A stretch of 64,000 nt of DNA from Octopus sinensis (Eukaryota): NCBI RefSeq assembly GCF_006345805.1, contig NC_043025.1, positions 15,314,001 to 15,378,000 of the forward strand. Direction: 5' to 3'. Position numbers and translations under genes: made by a program. The notes below the pieces were generated by a model. That model was not told the DNA's origin, searched no databases, and worked only from the letters and a program-made list of their open reading frames with translations. Shown here piece by piece: positions 14,244 to 27,450 of this stretch (the stretch's first letter is position 1; each line of letters begins with the position of its first letter).

Positions 14244-17200
14244 GTGTTTTGTAGTTAATAGACCAACTAGCAAACTTTTGTGGCCAGTTGGTTTTGTGAA
14301 CCCTCTCAGATCTGAGCCCATCTCTCTAACTTTACCCTCAACTTGGGCTCCTCAGCAGAACTCAACCCAAGAGGAACAATTGCAGGCAAAAAACAAAAAA
14401 CAGGAGGAGGCTAATAATCGGCTGATCTCAACTTCTGCCAATGTTCATCTGGGTCACTATTTTCCTCCTCATTTTCACCAATTTGATTATCCACATCCCT
14501 CTCATTGCCTTGCGTAAGAGTAAACCCTTTGTCCAAAAAATATCAATAATTTCCTCATCTGTAAAGAGCCAAGTCTTTGCTCATTCACAAGATGAAGTCT
14601 AGGATTTGTTACATGTTCATTTCATTTGCCAATTGCAGCAAAGTTGCATGAGTGGTCACATGTGGCATGATGTAACTTGTCTGGTCATCATGTAGCTTGT
14701 TTGATATGCGCATAGTTTTTTTGTTTTTCTCTTTTATTTTACAAATCCAGAGTGCATTGCATGTTTATATTTCTCTTTCCGATTCCTACTCAAAATTGTT
14801 TACACCTCACAACCATCTCATTAACCAGCAGTTGTGAGGTATGCTTTCTACTCTAATGATTTTGAAATTTTTTTCTATTTTTTGTTATTAAAGTAAACAA
14901 CAGCTATAGGTTGTGACCCCCTTCAGTCATGACACTGACCATGGGATTGCACCTAGAAAGTTACCCTCCCATGAACAAGTCCAGGCAGAGTTGTTTATGG
15001 AAGACCAGCATACCGTCCTCCCCTCTCCACACCACCAATGTTATCCAAGGGAAAGGCAAAGGGGCCGATACAGCTTGGCACCTGTGACACCGCAACTCAT
15101 TTCTACAGCTGAATGAACTGGAGCAACGTGAAATAAAGTGTCTTGCTCAAGAACACAACACATAGCCCAGTCCGGGATTCAAGCTCACAACCTCGCGATC
15201 GTAAGCTCAACGCTCTAACCACTGAGCCATGTGCCTTCATGCAACAGCTATAAGGGTCACCATTAACAATGAGTGATAAACACATGTGACTTCAAAGCTG
15301 CAACATGATTGGTTGTCTATTTTTAGCATTTTATATTTTTCTCTGTGTGTTTACAGTTTTAAATGGGAATCCAGCAGAGATTGTGTTCCTGCTATACTGG
15401 AAACACAAGTGTGATGGGGTTACATTCCAGCCCTTTGGAGAAAGGAAAAGGGAAACTTTGGTGCTGCTTTCCCCCAGTTAATCAACACTACCAATGCTAA
15501 CCTGAATTTTCATTTACATGCCTTCTCAATTTTATTCATGTTTTTCATTTCCACTTTCTTTCAGTCAAACGTTGCATTTTGCATGTATGTTTTTTGCTCG
15601 TTCACTTTGAAAATGTATTGTTGCATATACACATGCCTGCACCTTTCCTCAGCGCCTGGCCTTGCTCACACATGATTCATACACACACATGCTAACTCTG
15701 TCACATTCATGCACCACACATGCCTTTCTCGCTTGTTTTCCATGCTCAATGCGCCCTTGTAGGCACAACTCATCTCTGTAAGACCCTAGGTCAGTCACGC
15801 ATGCTGTTTGTCCCTTACAACGTGCAGCATGCCACACTTTTGCTCTTGCACGTTTGATGCATATAACACCTCATGCACCAGCGGCCATATTCAACACTGA
15901 CTTAATCACTGGCATATTCAGTACTGTACACTGTATTCATAATCAATGCACTACCATTAGCCTCAGTTTTGCAAGCCCTGTTGCACACACTGCCTTGTTT
16001 TGCAACATGTCTGCGTCCACTCAGTTCTTCTCCTGACTCAAAGCACGTCGGATATTCACATGCTCTGCACTCATGTTTAGACATAATTTCCCCCCCGTTT
16101 GGTCACGAAATTAATAGAGAAAATTATGTTTCGTGCATCACTCCAGCATGCTTACACTGTTGTCCTTGCTAACCTCAGCAATTAACCACAACAGCACCAG
16201 ACGCATTTCACTTTGTAAAAACATTCCAGGCATTTCACATACTGCATGCAATCTTGCAGGAAGAGCTTTCATATCATGGATTGAGAATATGCTCATGCAC
16301 GCACACGTGCTCATTTGCTGTACTGCCCAGTCACTGACTGCACACATTTTGGCCTGCAAAGCGACACTGCTATTCGAACTAATCTGAAGAGAAAACTGTC
16401 CCCTCTACATTTCAACGATCCTCAGCCATGCATTTCAACGATCCTCAGCCATGCATTTCTTTCTCTCCTTCAATCGTTCATTTCCTTACCTGGAACCTCA
16501 CAGGCGAGGCGAGTGATGTAGTGAATCTTGCAAGCATGAAGTGGATTTGATCCACCATAGCTGAATTTATATTGACACTTCAACAGAACTTTTCTCACGG
16601 TAGAACAATGGTTTTTCTCTGAGAGCATTTTTACATATTCCAGATGCCTTAGCTAGGCCGAAATAATGTCCTCACCACTTGACCATATCTAACCTCTTCT
16701 ACTTCACCAAAAGCTAGAATAGATATATCACAGTACCACCAACGAAGCCCATTGTTCTCAATGATATGTTTATCTTCTGGATAGTTATAAAAGCAAGAAC
16801 CCCCAGCAAAATGACAGTTAGTCAGTCAGCTCGTGATAACTCAATAAGTTAGAGAATGACAATCGAGTCAGAGACAGCTATCCCATTTAGTTAGGGAGCA
16901 GAACCCTAGAATCATGATCCCAATCACGGCAGCTACTAAAGACAATGGTCAGTGAGAGAAATGAAATTTACTGTCAGCAACTGTGAGACAACGTCCCACA
17001 ACCAGACAACTCTATCTGTTCTCGTACAACATCATTCTATCGCTATCGGTGGCTTACTGCTAAAAGAACGTGTGTACAAAACTACACTGAGAAAAATTCT
17101 ACTACATCTAATTTTCTTTCGCATGCTCTCAGATTTTATAACCTGCCCGTCATGTTAACGTATTTTCAATGTAACAGTAAATACTTTCCTAAAACTTCAT

Positions 17201-17619
17201 GCATTGTTCATCTTTCACACCCTACAACAAATTTTTATCGTTACAACTGCTGACTCCAACATTTCATATTATTGTATACCTAATCAATCTTAACCGCTAC
17301 ACACACACACACACACATATATACCTGGGATAGCCAGACCACTTATGCATATTTTTCCTTCTTGGGTCACAAAACTCTGCTTGCGAAGACCTGTTGAGGC
17401 AAGTGTAATCAATTGAAATCACTCAAAAATCAGTGGAAATTGTAGTTGTGATACCAGTGCCGGTGGCACGTAAAAGAACCATCCGAATGTGGCTGTTGCC
17501 AGCGCCGCCCCGACTGGCCTCCGTGCCAGTGGCATGTAAAAAGCACCAACCGATCGTGGCCGTTAGCCAGCCTCGTCTGGCACCTGTGCCGTTAGCACGT
17601 GAAAAGCACCCACTACACT

Positions 17620-19190
17620 ACCTTGGTAGATAAAGCAATTAAGGGTATGAAGACAGGGAAAGCCCACAGTCCATCAGGAATCACCACAGAGATGCTCAAA
17701 ATATCTGGCAGTGTTGGCTATAGCCTGGTCACCTGTATAGTTAACCAGGTGATACACGAAGGAGTCATACCCAATGACTGGTGTAGCAGCATAATAGTCA
17801 ACTGCTACAAAGGTAAATGGTGATGCATTAGATATGAATAATTATAGAGGTATCAAGTTGTTGGATCAGGTAATGAAGGTTACAGAAAGGGTCATAGCCC
17901 AACTAATTAGGGAGTGAGTCAGCCTAGATGAGATGCAGTTTGGGTTTGTGCCAGGGAAAAGCACCACTGATGCCATATTTCTGGTGAGACAGCTGCAAGA
18001 GAAATACGTAGCCAAAGATAAACCTCTGTACTTGGCTTTTGTTGACATGGAGAAAGCCTTTGACAGGGTCCTCCGATCACGTATCTGATGGTCAATGAGG
18101 AAACTAGGGATAGATGGAGCTGTGCAAGCCATGTACAGGGATGCTGTCAGAAAGGTGAGGGTTGGCAATGTGTATAGTGAAGAATTCCAGGTAGAAGTAG
18201 GGATTCACCAAGGATTGGTCTTCAGCCCCCTCTTATTCATCATAGCCCACCAGGCAAATAACAGGGATTCAAGACAGGATGACCGTGCTAGAGGAGAACT
18301 AGAGGAGAATCAAAGGGCCTTAGAGTCAATCTAGCAAGAACCAAAGTCTTAGCAAGCAAATCACAAATCCTTTCAGGTAGATGGTCCTGCCAGATCTGTA
18401 GAAAAGGCATAGGGAGAAACTCCAGAAGATGTACCCAGTGTAAGCTATGGATGCATAAGAAGTGCAGCAATATCAAAGGAAGGCTAACTGGGAAGATAGT
18501 TTTTGTGAGTGGCAATAAATACAAAATGTCTAGAAAACAGCTTCTGTCACACGTCAGGGGGAAAAACTAGAAGTAGTTGATAGCTTCCGTTACCTAGGTG
18601 ACCAAGTCAGTAGCAGGGGTGGATGCTCCGAGAGTGTAGCTGCTAGAATAAGAATAGCCTGGGCAAAGTTCAGAGAGCTCTTACCTCTGCTGGTGACAAA
18701 GGACCTCCCGTGCAGAGTAAAAGGTAGACTGTATGTTGCATGTGTATGAACAGCCATGCTACACGGCAGTGAAACATGGGCTGTGACTGCTGAGGCCATG
18801 CGTAAGCTTACGAGGAATGAAGCCAGTATGATCTGTTGGATGTGTAATGTCAGTGTGCATACATGACAGAGTGTAAGCACCCTGAGAGAAAAGTTGGACC
18901 TAAGAAGCATCAGATGTGGTGTGCAAGAGAGACGACTATGCTGGTATGGTGATGTGTTGCGAATGAATGAGAACAGCTGTGTGAAAAAGTGTCACACCCT
19001 AGCGGTTGAGGGGAACCTGTGGAAGAGGTAGACCCAGGAAGAACTGGGATGAGGTGGTGAAACATGACCTTCATATGATGGGCCTCATGGAATCGATGAC
19101 AAGTGACCGAGACCTTTGGAGATATGCTGTGCTTGAGAAGACTTGGCAAGCCACGCGAGACCATAACTGTGGCCTATGCCAGTGCAGCAT
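17620..19190 (+). mobile_element. Degenerate RTE-clade LINE (RT and C-terminal region)
   Basis: Broken frames: KAIKGMKTGKA..GITTEMLK, NYRGIKLLDQVMKV, QFGFVPGKST, FVDMEKAFDRV, QGLVFSPLLFII, LHGSETW, GRGRPRKNWDEVV. Confidence 0.92.
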
Positions 19191-19771
19191 AACCAGCCCA
19201 TTTAAGAGTATCCTTCAATCATTGGGCAATAAACTGCACTTGCAAAGACCTGTTGAGTCAAGTGAAATCATTGTTGTGGCTGATGACAGTGCCACCTGAT
19301 TGGCACCCATGCCGGTGGCACGTATAAAGCCCACACTATACTCTCAGAGTATAGAAAGGGCATCCAGCTGCAGAAACTCTTGGAGTCTGGTGCAGCCTTC
19401 TGGCTTGCCAGACCTCAGGCAAACCATCCAACCCATGCCAGCATGGAAAGTGGACATTAAAACGATGATGATGATGTATTTCTATAGATATATATATATA
19501 TAATTTTAAGTTAATAATAGAAGAGTAAAATTTATTAATTAAATTAATTAATAATTTTACAAGTAGATCAGTACGTTAAAATAACCTTTATAGGTAAAAT
19601 TATCTACATAATTATAATTAGGGTTCAGCTAATTGCTTCAACACATACCGAAATTAGAAATAGGAGTTAAAAATTCCTTTTCAGCTACTATAAGTATCTC
19701 CATGACGGTAAACATACTTTTTTGCGAAGGCAAAGAGAAAAACAATGAATCAACACGACCAGGTTTCATTA

Positions 19772-19831
19772 TATACGCGTTTCGAGATGAAAGTAATTTA
19801 AATTTTACTTATTTCTCTCTTTCAGTATAAT
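19772..19831 (-). ncRNA. Hammerhead-ribozyme-like motif in a foldback loop
   Basis: attata-CTGAAAGA-gaga..aagtaa/ttactt..tctc-GAAA-CGC-GTA-tataat: perfect 6-bp stem I and palindromic ACGCGT stem III, with one extra A in the core. Confidence 0.5.
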
Positions 19832-20109
19832 ATTTGCCTTCGTAAAAAAGTATGTTTACCATCATAGAGATTCTTATAGTAGCAGAAAAAGGAATTTTTA
19901 ACTCCTATTTCTAAATTTGGTATGTAGTGAAGCAATTAGCTGAACCCTAATTATAATTATGTATATCATCATCATCGTTTAACGTCCGCTTCCATGCTAG
20001 CATGGGTTGGACGGTTCAACTGGGGTCTGGAAAGCCAGGAGGCTGCACCAGGCCCAGTCTGATCTGGCAATGTTTCTACAGCTGGATGCCCTTCCTAACA
20101 CCAACAACT

Positions 20110-20515
20110 CCAAGTCTCTCTCTTTGCAGCATCATCAAACGCAAGTGAGCCATCATCCATGCTGGTCCCTCTGTTGGGTCAACATTCAGCAAACTCTCTT
20201 CTCCCATTTAGCAATCTTTCATAGTGGCATCTCCAAGTCTCTCTCTTTGCAGCATCATCAAACGCAAGTGAGCCATCATCCATGCAGACACATTTCTCTC
20301 CTACAACATCACGATTCTCTCTCACACACACTGTCTTGCAACATGAAACACTTTAAGTCTTTGGTCCTCATGACAATGGACATTGCCAAACTTTTTCTTA
20401 TCTGCTTCCCCTCTGGCTAAGTAAACCTGTCTCCTAGCTTCCCTTCTCTGCTACCACCATTCTTCCAGTCCTTCAATGCCTGTTTCTTTTCTCTAATGGC
20501 CCTGTCGACTACATT
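20110..20515 (-). mobile_element. RTE LINE fragment (EN-RT linker)
   Basis: Minus frames VDRAIREKKQA.KDWKNGGSRE, ARQCVRENRDVVGEKCVCMDDGSLAFDDAAKRETW; ~55-bp internal duplication. Confidence 0.75.
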
Positions 20516-20529
20516 GTTCTTCAGTTGAG

Positions 20530-20763
20530 AGGGGACTTAGCACCATCTACAGATCTGGTCATATCAACAAGTTTGTCAATTGTTCAGGGAAGGTCCTCCA
20601 AGATCAGTTCATGCAAGAGTTCCAGGACTGCTTCCGATAGTGGAAAAAGGAACCGGACCAACTCAACGCTTCAAAAGGAGAATACTTTGAAGGTGATAAA
20701 AGTGTAAACATGTAAAACTGAATAAAATAACATTGCAAAATTCTGGTTTCTTTTGGGTACCCC
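20530..20763 (+). mobile_element. Mariner 3' end relic
   Basis: FQDCFR*WKK...ASKGEYFEGDK, the typical mariner transposase C-terminus. Confidence 0.65.
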
Positions 20764-20857
20764 AATGTGTGTATATATAATAAAATAGGGTAATAAAAAT
20801 AAATTATTATTACCAGTGACCTAGCACAAAAGACGAATTAGTCATTAGACTATATAT

Positions 20858-21058
20858 CAGTGCTTTTCAAACTTTTTGCAGGAGTGGAACCCCAAGAAAA
20901 CATTTCACTGGCTCGAGGAACCCCTGTGCAATAATTTAATAGTCTTACGCACACATATCTGCACAGGAGAATTAAAAATTACAGCCGATTTTAGCAGTTT
21001 TGTAACTTCTTGCAGAACCCCTGGACTGTACTGGCAGAACCCTGGTTGAAAAGCACTG
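20858..21058. mobile_element. hAT-type MITE
   Basis: TIR CAGTGCTTTTCAA / TTGAAAAGCACTG with perfect 8-bp TSD CTATATAT. Confidence 0.9.
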
Positions 21059-22661
21059 CTATATATTATTCATATAGAAATACAAAAAAAGGCTTCCAAA
21101 TAAGGAAGCGATGTGCTAGAAACACAAAAAGGGATAAATTCACGAAAGGAATGTAAATTAAACACATTTACCATCTCAGCTAACCGTTCGGTCTGGGATA
21201 TAGCTGAGATGGTAAATGTTTTTAATTTACATTCCTTTCGTGAATTTATCCCTTTTTGTGTTCTAGCACATCGCTTCCTTATTTGGAAGCCTCTTATTGT
21301 ATTTCTATATGAATAATATATACACACATATATAAAACATACTCACACACATACATTAACATAAATGCCAAAAAACACAGTTTTTATATTAATATTATTT
21401 GTTTTCATTTTTACAATGTTCAATGTCCTGTCCTCAATGCTGGACATGACCCCTCCCCCCCTGCTGTCCATAGATCCCCTGTTCCAGAGACAAGGGCTTC
21501 AAATCTCTCTCTGTCCCATCTGTTCTCCTGGATCAGTTCTTCTCAAAGATTTCCGTCATGCTGGAGCACTGCCTTTCAAGCTGTTCTTGTTTGAATGTGT
21601 GAGAGAAGCACAATCCACCCGGGGTTAAATGTTTGTATAAACACACACATCTATATCTGTTTATACAAATATACATATATATATATATCTACATGAATAC
21701 AACAGTATATATAAACATATATTTATAAACACACACACACACATACAAGTATATATTTAACTTTTTATCATTGAAAGCAGCCCCTATCTGGCCCTGAATT
21801 TCTGTTTTATGTTCAAAATTGTTAGATCTGGCTTCTCACACTTACCCAACAATGTCATTGTAAAAATAGATGACATCATTGAAATTTCAAAGCTGTGAGA
21901 TTAATTAATGCAGGATTAATTAAAATTGAATTTGTATTTCATTTGACAGAATAACCATTAAAGGGTTAAAAACCTCCACATATTTGTACAACTAGACAAA
22001 CATACAAGTGTATAGATGACACACACATAATAATATACATACATACAAACACAAAGAGCACACATTACATAGAGTAAACAAGAATAAAACAGATTTTAAG
22101 GTAGACCTACAATACTCAGAGTAGTTTGCCTTAAATATTTTAGGCTTGGTTTGACTGTTTGTTTGCCTAAGTCTAATTAATTAATCCCTCTATTTTTACT
22201 ATTTAACACACACACATATATATAAATTAGTTTATTTTCATTAATGTAAGATCAACAAAAAAAATTCCAGTGAGAGGTAAATATCATTTAATGTACACAA
22301 TATAAAGATAAGAGCTCTAATAGTTTTTTGCATTTGGAGACAGGGTTCTCGGTAGGGTTCTATAATGCACTTTGTCTCCAAACAATCTTCAGGCTCTGGG
22401 CACATTGTTTGTTCTGTTTGAAAATCAGGACACTGGTACGAGAGGAATCATGAGAAGAAAAACAAAAAGGCAGATGTGGAAATGGAATCTAAATTCTCGT
22501 TTTTCTCTTCTGATTCCTCTTTGGATTTGCTTCCTGATCTGCAAATTGAAAAGAGCCGACAGATTGCTTGGAGGCACAAGGGGTGTTATAAAAACTCAAC
22601 CAGACCCATGTCTCCAAACAACAACACTATTTGTAGCTCAAATCTTCATACTGTGCACATT

Positions 22662-22692
<31 letters not shown>

Positions 22693-23056
22693 CAATAATA
22701 ATAAAGGGTAAAATTAATTAACTAATTAGTAATTAATAATTTTACCAAACAGTGTTCAGTATGTAAAAGGACCATTTACGGTAAACTTAAACATTACTTT
22801 ATATAATTAGGGTTCAGCAAAAAAATTTGCTTTACCACATACTGAACTTTTAGAAATAGCAGCCAAAGAATTTAGCTATTTCTTCTTCTATAAAAAGAGT
22901 CTCCCAGACAATGTGTATATATATATATATATGTAATCGTTATCATCATCATTTACTGTCCACCATCTATGCTGGCATTCCTGCACCAGACTTCTGTGTC
23001 AGTTTTGGTACAGTTTTTATGGCTGGATGCCCTTCCTAACACCCACCCCCAAACAG

Positions 23057-23673
23057 ATTGGACTGTGTGTGTGTATGGTTGGAGGTTTAAAGATTCCAGA
23101 GCAAACCTTTGGCAAGATTCTGCTTGCCACAGTTAACGAATTCCAGTGATGAATGCATCGATGGCTTGGTTTTGGTGGACGACAACACGGTGGCCTCTAA
23201 GTGTGTCGAAGAAAAATATATATACCTCTGGAACCTTACTGATCATGCACCCCCTGCTACGGCACTAGTAGAATTGAAGTCAATCTGTTTACCTGTCTCA
23301 AGTACCAGGTCATGGATGAACCATACGTCTACATGTCTGGAGGGAAGGACCATCTAGTTGTGGGTGATGCAGAGGGCAGAATTTTCATTTACAACCTGAA
23401 GAACATCCTAGGGAAGTCTAGCTCTAAGGGAGATAACCCCAACTTGACAATTTCAAAGGGAGGTAATTTGCTTAATTTGCCGTCACGAGTGTTTGACTGG
23501 TCAATCATTGAATACAAATGTGATGACAGTGGTGAAAAAAAGAGAGAGGAGGATGCAGCGATGGGTAATGATGATGGTTGGAGGAAGAGGAACGACCCAT
23601 CATCAACAGCGAGGTTTTGGCTGCGAGAGCTGATTGTAATCTTGTCTGTATCTGGAAGGTCTACACAGATTGA
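23057..23673 (+). pseudogene. LRWD1: LRWD1/ORCA-like C-terminal WD40 fragment, intronless, frameshifted
   Basis: Successive frames give DECIDGLVLVDDNTVASKCVEEKYIYLWNL / IEVNLFTCLKYQVMDEPYVYMSGGKDHLVVGDAEGRIFIYNL...PSRVFDW / PIINSEVLAARADCNLVCIWKVYTD*. These are collinear with the LRWD1 C-terminus as recalled (VDGLAFVNEDIVASK...CGDEEGNVWLYD...PTQILKW...TDSNIVAIW). Confidence 0.75.
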
Positions 23674-25009
23674 AAGACGGACTGTGTGAGTGTAATTGTA
23701 TATACATGTGTTTATGGGGGAGTTCACACACACACACACATATATATATATGTATGTATAAAACTTTCGAGCGTGGCCGTTGCCAGTACCGCCTGACTGG
23801 CCCCCGTGCCGGTGGCACATAGAAGCACCCACTACACTCTCGGAGTGGTTGGCGTTAGGAAGGGCATCCAGCTGTAGAAACTCTGCCAGATCAAGACTGG
23901 AGCCTGGTTCACCAGCCCTCAGTCAAATCGTCCAACCCATGCTAGCATGCAAAGCAGACATTAATCGGACGATGATGATGATTATGATATGTATGTATAC
24001 ACACATGCGTGTAAAGGCAGGTGGCTAAGTGGTTAGGGTGTTGCACTAACAACTGCATAGTCACGGCTTCAAATCCCTGACTGGGTGGTGTGTTGTGTTC
24101 TTGAGCAAAACGTGTCATTCCATGTTTCTTCATCCCACTTGGCTGTAAAGTGTGTAAGCCTGTGATGGACTGGCATCCCATTCTGGAGCAATGTTAGTCT
24201 GACCACCTCACAAGTAGGCTGGCTTCATCCGAAAGCTACATCAAACCAAGGAAGCACATTGTGACCAGTGGTGTATAACATCCAACAAACTAGTTGATAC
24301 AATAACTAATATATACACACATTACTTGATTCAGTCACTGGACTGTGGCTATGCTAGCACCTGAAGAGCTTTAGATGAATGAATTGACCCCCCAGTACTT
24401 ATTCTATTGGTCACTTATGCCCAACTGCTAAGTTACAGGGATGTAAAAACAAAAACATAAGCAAGCACACACACACACACACACATATATAAGTACACAC
24501 ACATGACAAGGTTCTTTCAGTTTTCGTCTACCAAAATCCACTAAGAAGGCTTTGGTCAGCCTGAGGCTATAGTAAAAGACACTTGCCCAAGGTGCCACGC
24601 AGTGGGACTGAACCTGGAACCTTGTTGTTGGGAAGCAAACTTTTTACAACACAACTATGCCTGCACTTACACGTACACCCATAGGCAACAGATGTCACCA
24701 GTTTCTGTCTTTATACTTCGAAGGTGTTGGTCTGGGGCACAGCCCAAAGGCAAGGACCTTAGAAAGACAGTTGAAGCAAAACTTATATCGAATATTCTTT
24801 CACTGACCACCACCACCACCACAACTACCATGTTGTGGTTGCCGCTGTTGTTTTATGTCTGTGATGAAAGAGAACGGGTTTAGGATGGGGGGGCAGAAGT
24901 GAGGACAACAGCAACCAAAAGGGGAGAGACCACCACCAAAGGATCACCTTTATAACCAACCACATATATACACACACACACACTGCCATACATGCAATTA
25001 CACTTAAAT

Positions 25010-25620
25010 AAAAGCCAGGGTGGTCACAGGTGGAACGTCTATGTCCACAGGTTTGCTGGACAAGGATTGACCTGTGGCAGTCAACAACAAGGCAGGACGT
25101 ATAGATAGGACATAGCCATTGCTGGATTAGGACTGACCTGGGGTTAAACAAAAACAGGGAAGGTCACATTGGATAATGTAGTCCTAGATACACAATGTCT
25201 GAATAAAAGACAGGATGGTCATAGCTGGAGCATCTTTGATCATAGGTCAGCTGGATCAGGACTGACCTGGGGCTAAACAACAACACTAATGAAGGACACA
25301 TTTGATAATGTAGTCCTAGATACACTATGCCAGAATAAATGACAGGATGGTCATAGCTGGAGCATCTTTGATCATAGGCCTGTCTGGATCAGGACTGACC
25401 TGGGGTTAAACAAAAACAGGGAAGGACACATTAGATAATGTAGTCTGAGATATACTATGGCTGCATTAAGACAGGGTGGTCACAGCTGGAACATCTTTGA
25501 CCATAGGTCTGCTGGATCTGGACTGATCTTGGGCTAAACAAATTAAATAACGTAGTCCTAGATACACATGTACTAAGCTTGACATAAAGATAGGATAGTC
25601 ATGGATGGAATGTCTGCTGG
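25010..25620 (+). repeat. ~130-bp tandem repeat (4-5 diverged units)
   Basis: Recurrent aggactgacctggggttaaacaa...gataatgtagtcctagatac at ~25130, 25260, 25390, 25520. A solo unit lies at ~46505-46620. Confidence 0.85.
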
Positions 25621-26325
25621 CACAAAGCTCCTGGAGTGTTTCCCAAAAAGCAATGATGGAGGGAGAGGGGTGGAACATAGCGAGATGCTGATTTGGTGGT
25701 GTCCCTTTACCCCTAGGTAGACGTTGCAGAGACCTCAGGGTGACAACAATGGAAGATGAGAGAGAGAGGAGGCAGTATACATGGGGGGGGGATGCAAAAA
25801 AAAAAAAAGAAATACCAAAACAAAGAAAAGCAGAATTAAAGCCATCACATCACATCGGTGGGAAGAGACAAAGGACTGTTTTGGTCTGCGGTGGGCCAGG
25901 AAGGATTGGAGATGGTATGTGTGTGTGTGGCAGGGGAAAAGGGTGTGAACAGAAGCAAGCAAGGGAGCAGGAGTACCAGGTGGGATTAAGGATTGGCAGT
26001 CGAGGGTTTATGGGGTTTAGACAGAGAAAAACTGGGAACACAGCAAGGGGCCACTTCTCCTCATCAAATAATTCTTTCTAATAATGACACAGGGCCTGAA
26101 ATTTTAGGGGCTGGTTGATTACAGGTATGTAAAAATGGCATTGACCCAGAGAGAATGAACAGCAAAGTTGACCTAAGCAGAATTTGAACTCAGTAATAAC
26201 AATAACGATGATGATGATGATGATGGTGGTAACCATCAGAGGCACAAAATCACAAATACATTCTATATATATATATGCACACACATAGATGTATGTGTGT
26301 GTGTATATATATGCACACAAATGTG

Positions 26326-26377
<52 letters not shown>

Positions 26378-27069
26378 GATGTGTGTGTGTGTGTATGTAT
26401 GTATATATATATATATATATATATGCACACATATGTATACATTATATGTGTGTGTACACATATACACACACACACAATAATATAAACGGAAGCAGCTCTT
26501 GTCACAAATGCTGTGGTGTTCTGAGATCAAATCCATGTGACGTCTACGCTGTGTATTTGCGATTGTGGGGCCAGAGTAAGGTGTGATAAAGTTCATTGCA
26601 GACGATGCCTATGTTGAATGTGTCAGTAGAGCTTGTGGTGGTGGTGGTGGTAGAGGGGGAGGAATGGCAGGAGTAGCGATGGTGGTGGAGTTGGCAGGAA
26701 TAGTGGGGGTGGGTGGCAGAGGTGGTGGTGGTAGGAGGACACACAAGAGTGCTGGTGGGAGCAATAACTATTGGGGTTTGGGACATCAAAATTAAAATAG
26801 CGACAATAGCAGGGGTGGTGGCCATGTGTTGGGGTGGAATGGTGTGGCAGAAATAGTGGTGGTGGTAGTAGTAGTAGTAATAGCAGTCACTCTGGTCATG
26901 TGATGGCTACAGTTGTTTCAAAAAATAGTTAAATAGTTATAAAAAGATAGATGTGTGTGTGTGAGTGTATATATATATACACACATGACAAAAGAGATAA
27001 AGACTAAAAGTGGAAGAGAAGGAGAAACACAACAGAAGGAGACAGAGAGGAAGTTTAAATGTGTGTGTG

Positions 27070-27134
<65 letters not shown>

Positions 27135-27198
27135 AATTATACACACACACATTTACAATGCAGATATATCTATATGTATACATACACAATTAATACAC

Positions 27199-27238
<40 letters not shown>

Positions 27239-27450
27239 TATATATATTATATATTCACACAAGATATAACTGTATACACAAACACACACACACGTAAGTT
27301 TGATATATAGATATATATATATATATATACATACATTACAATACACACACACACACATATATAAAACCACCCACACGCAGAGTGACACACAGACAAGTGT
27401 GTGTAGTGTTTTGTCTGGAATTCAGTTAGTGAGTGTATATATATTAAACA

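Noticed and set aside
23057-23673. Programmed -1 ribosomal frameshifting in LRWD1
   Set aside because: No X XXY YYZ slippery heptamer with a downstream structure was evident at the shift sites. Decay or assembly error is more parsimonious.
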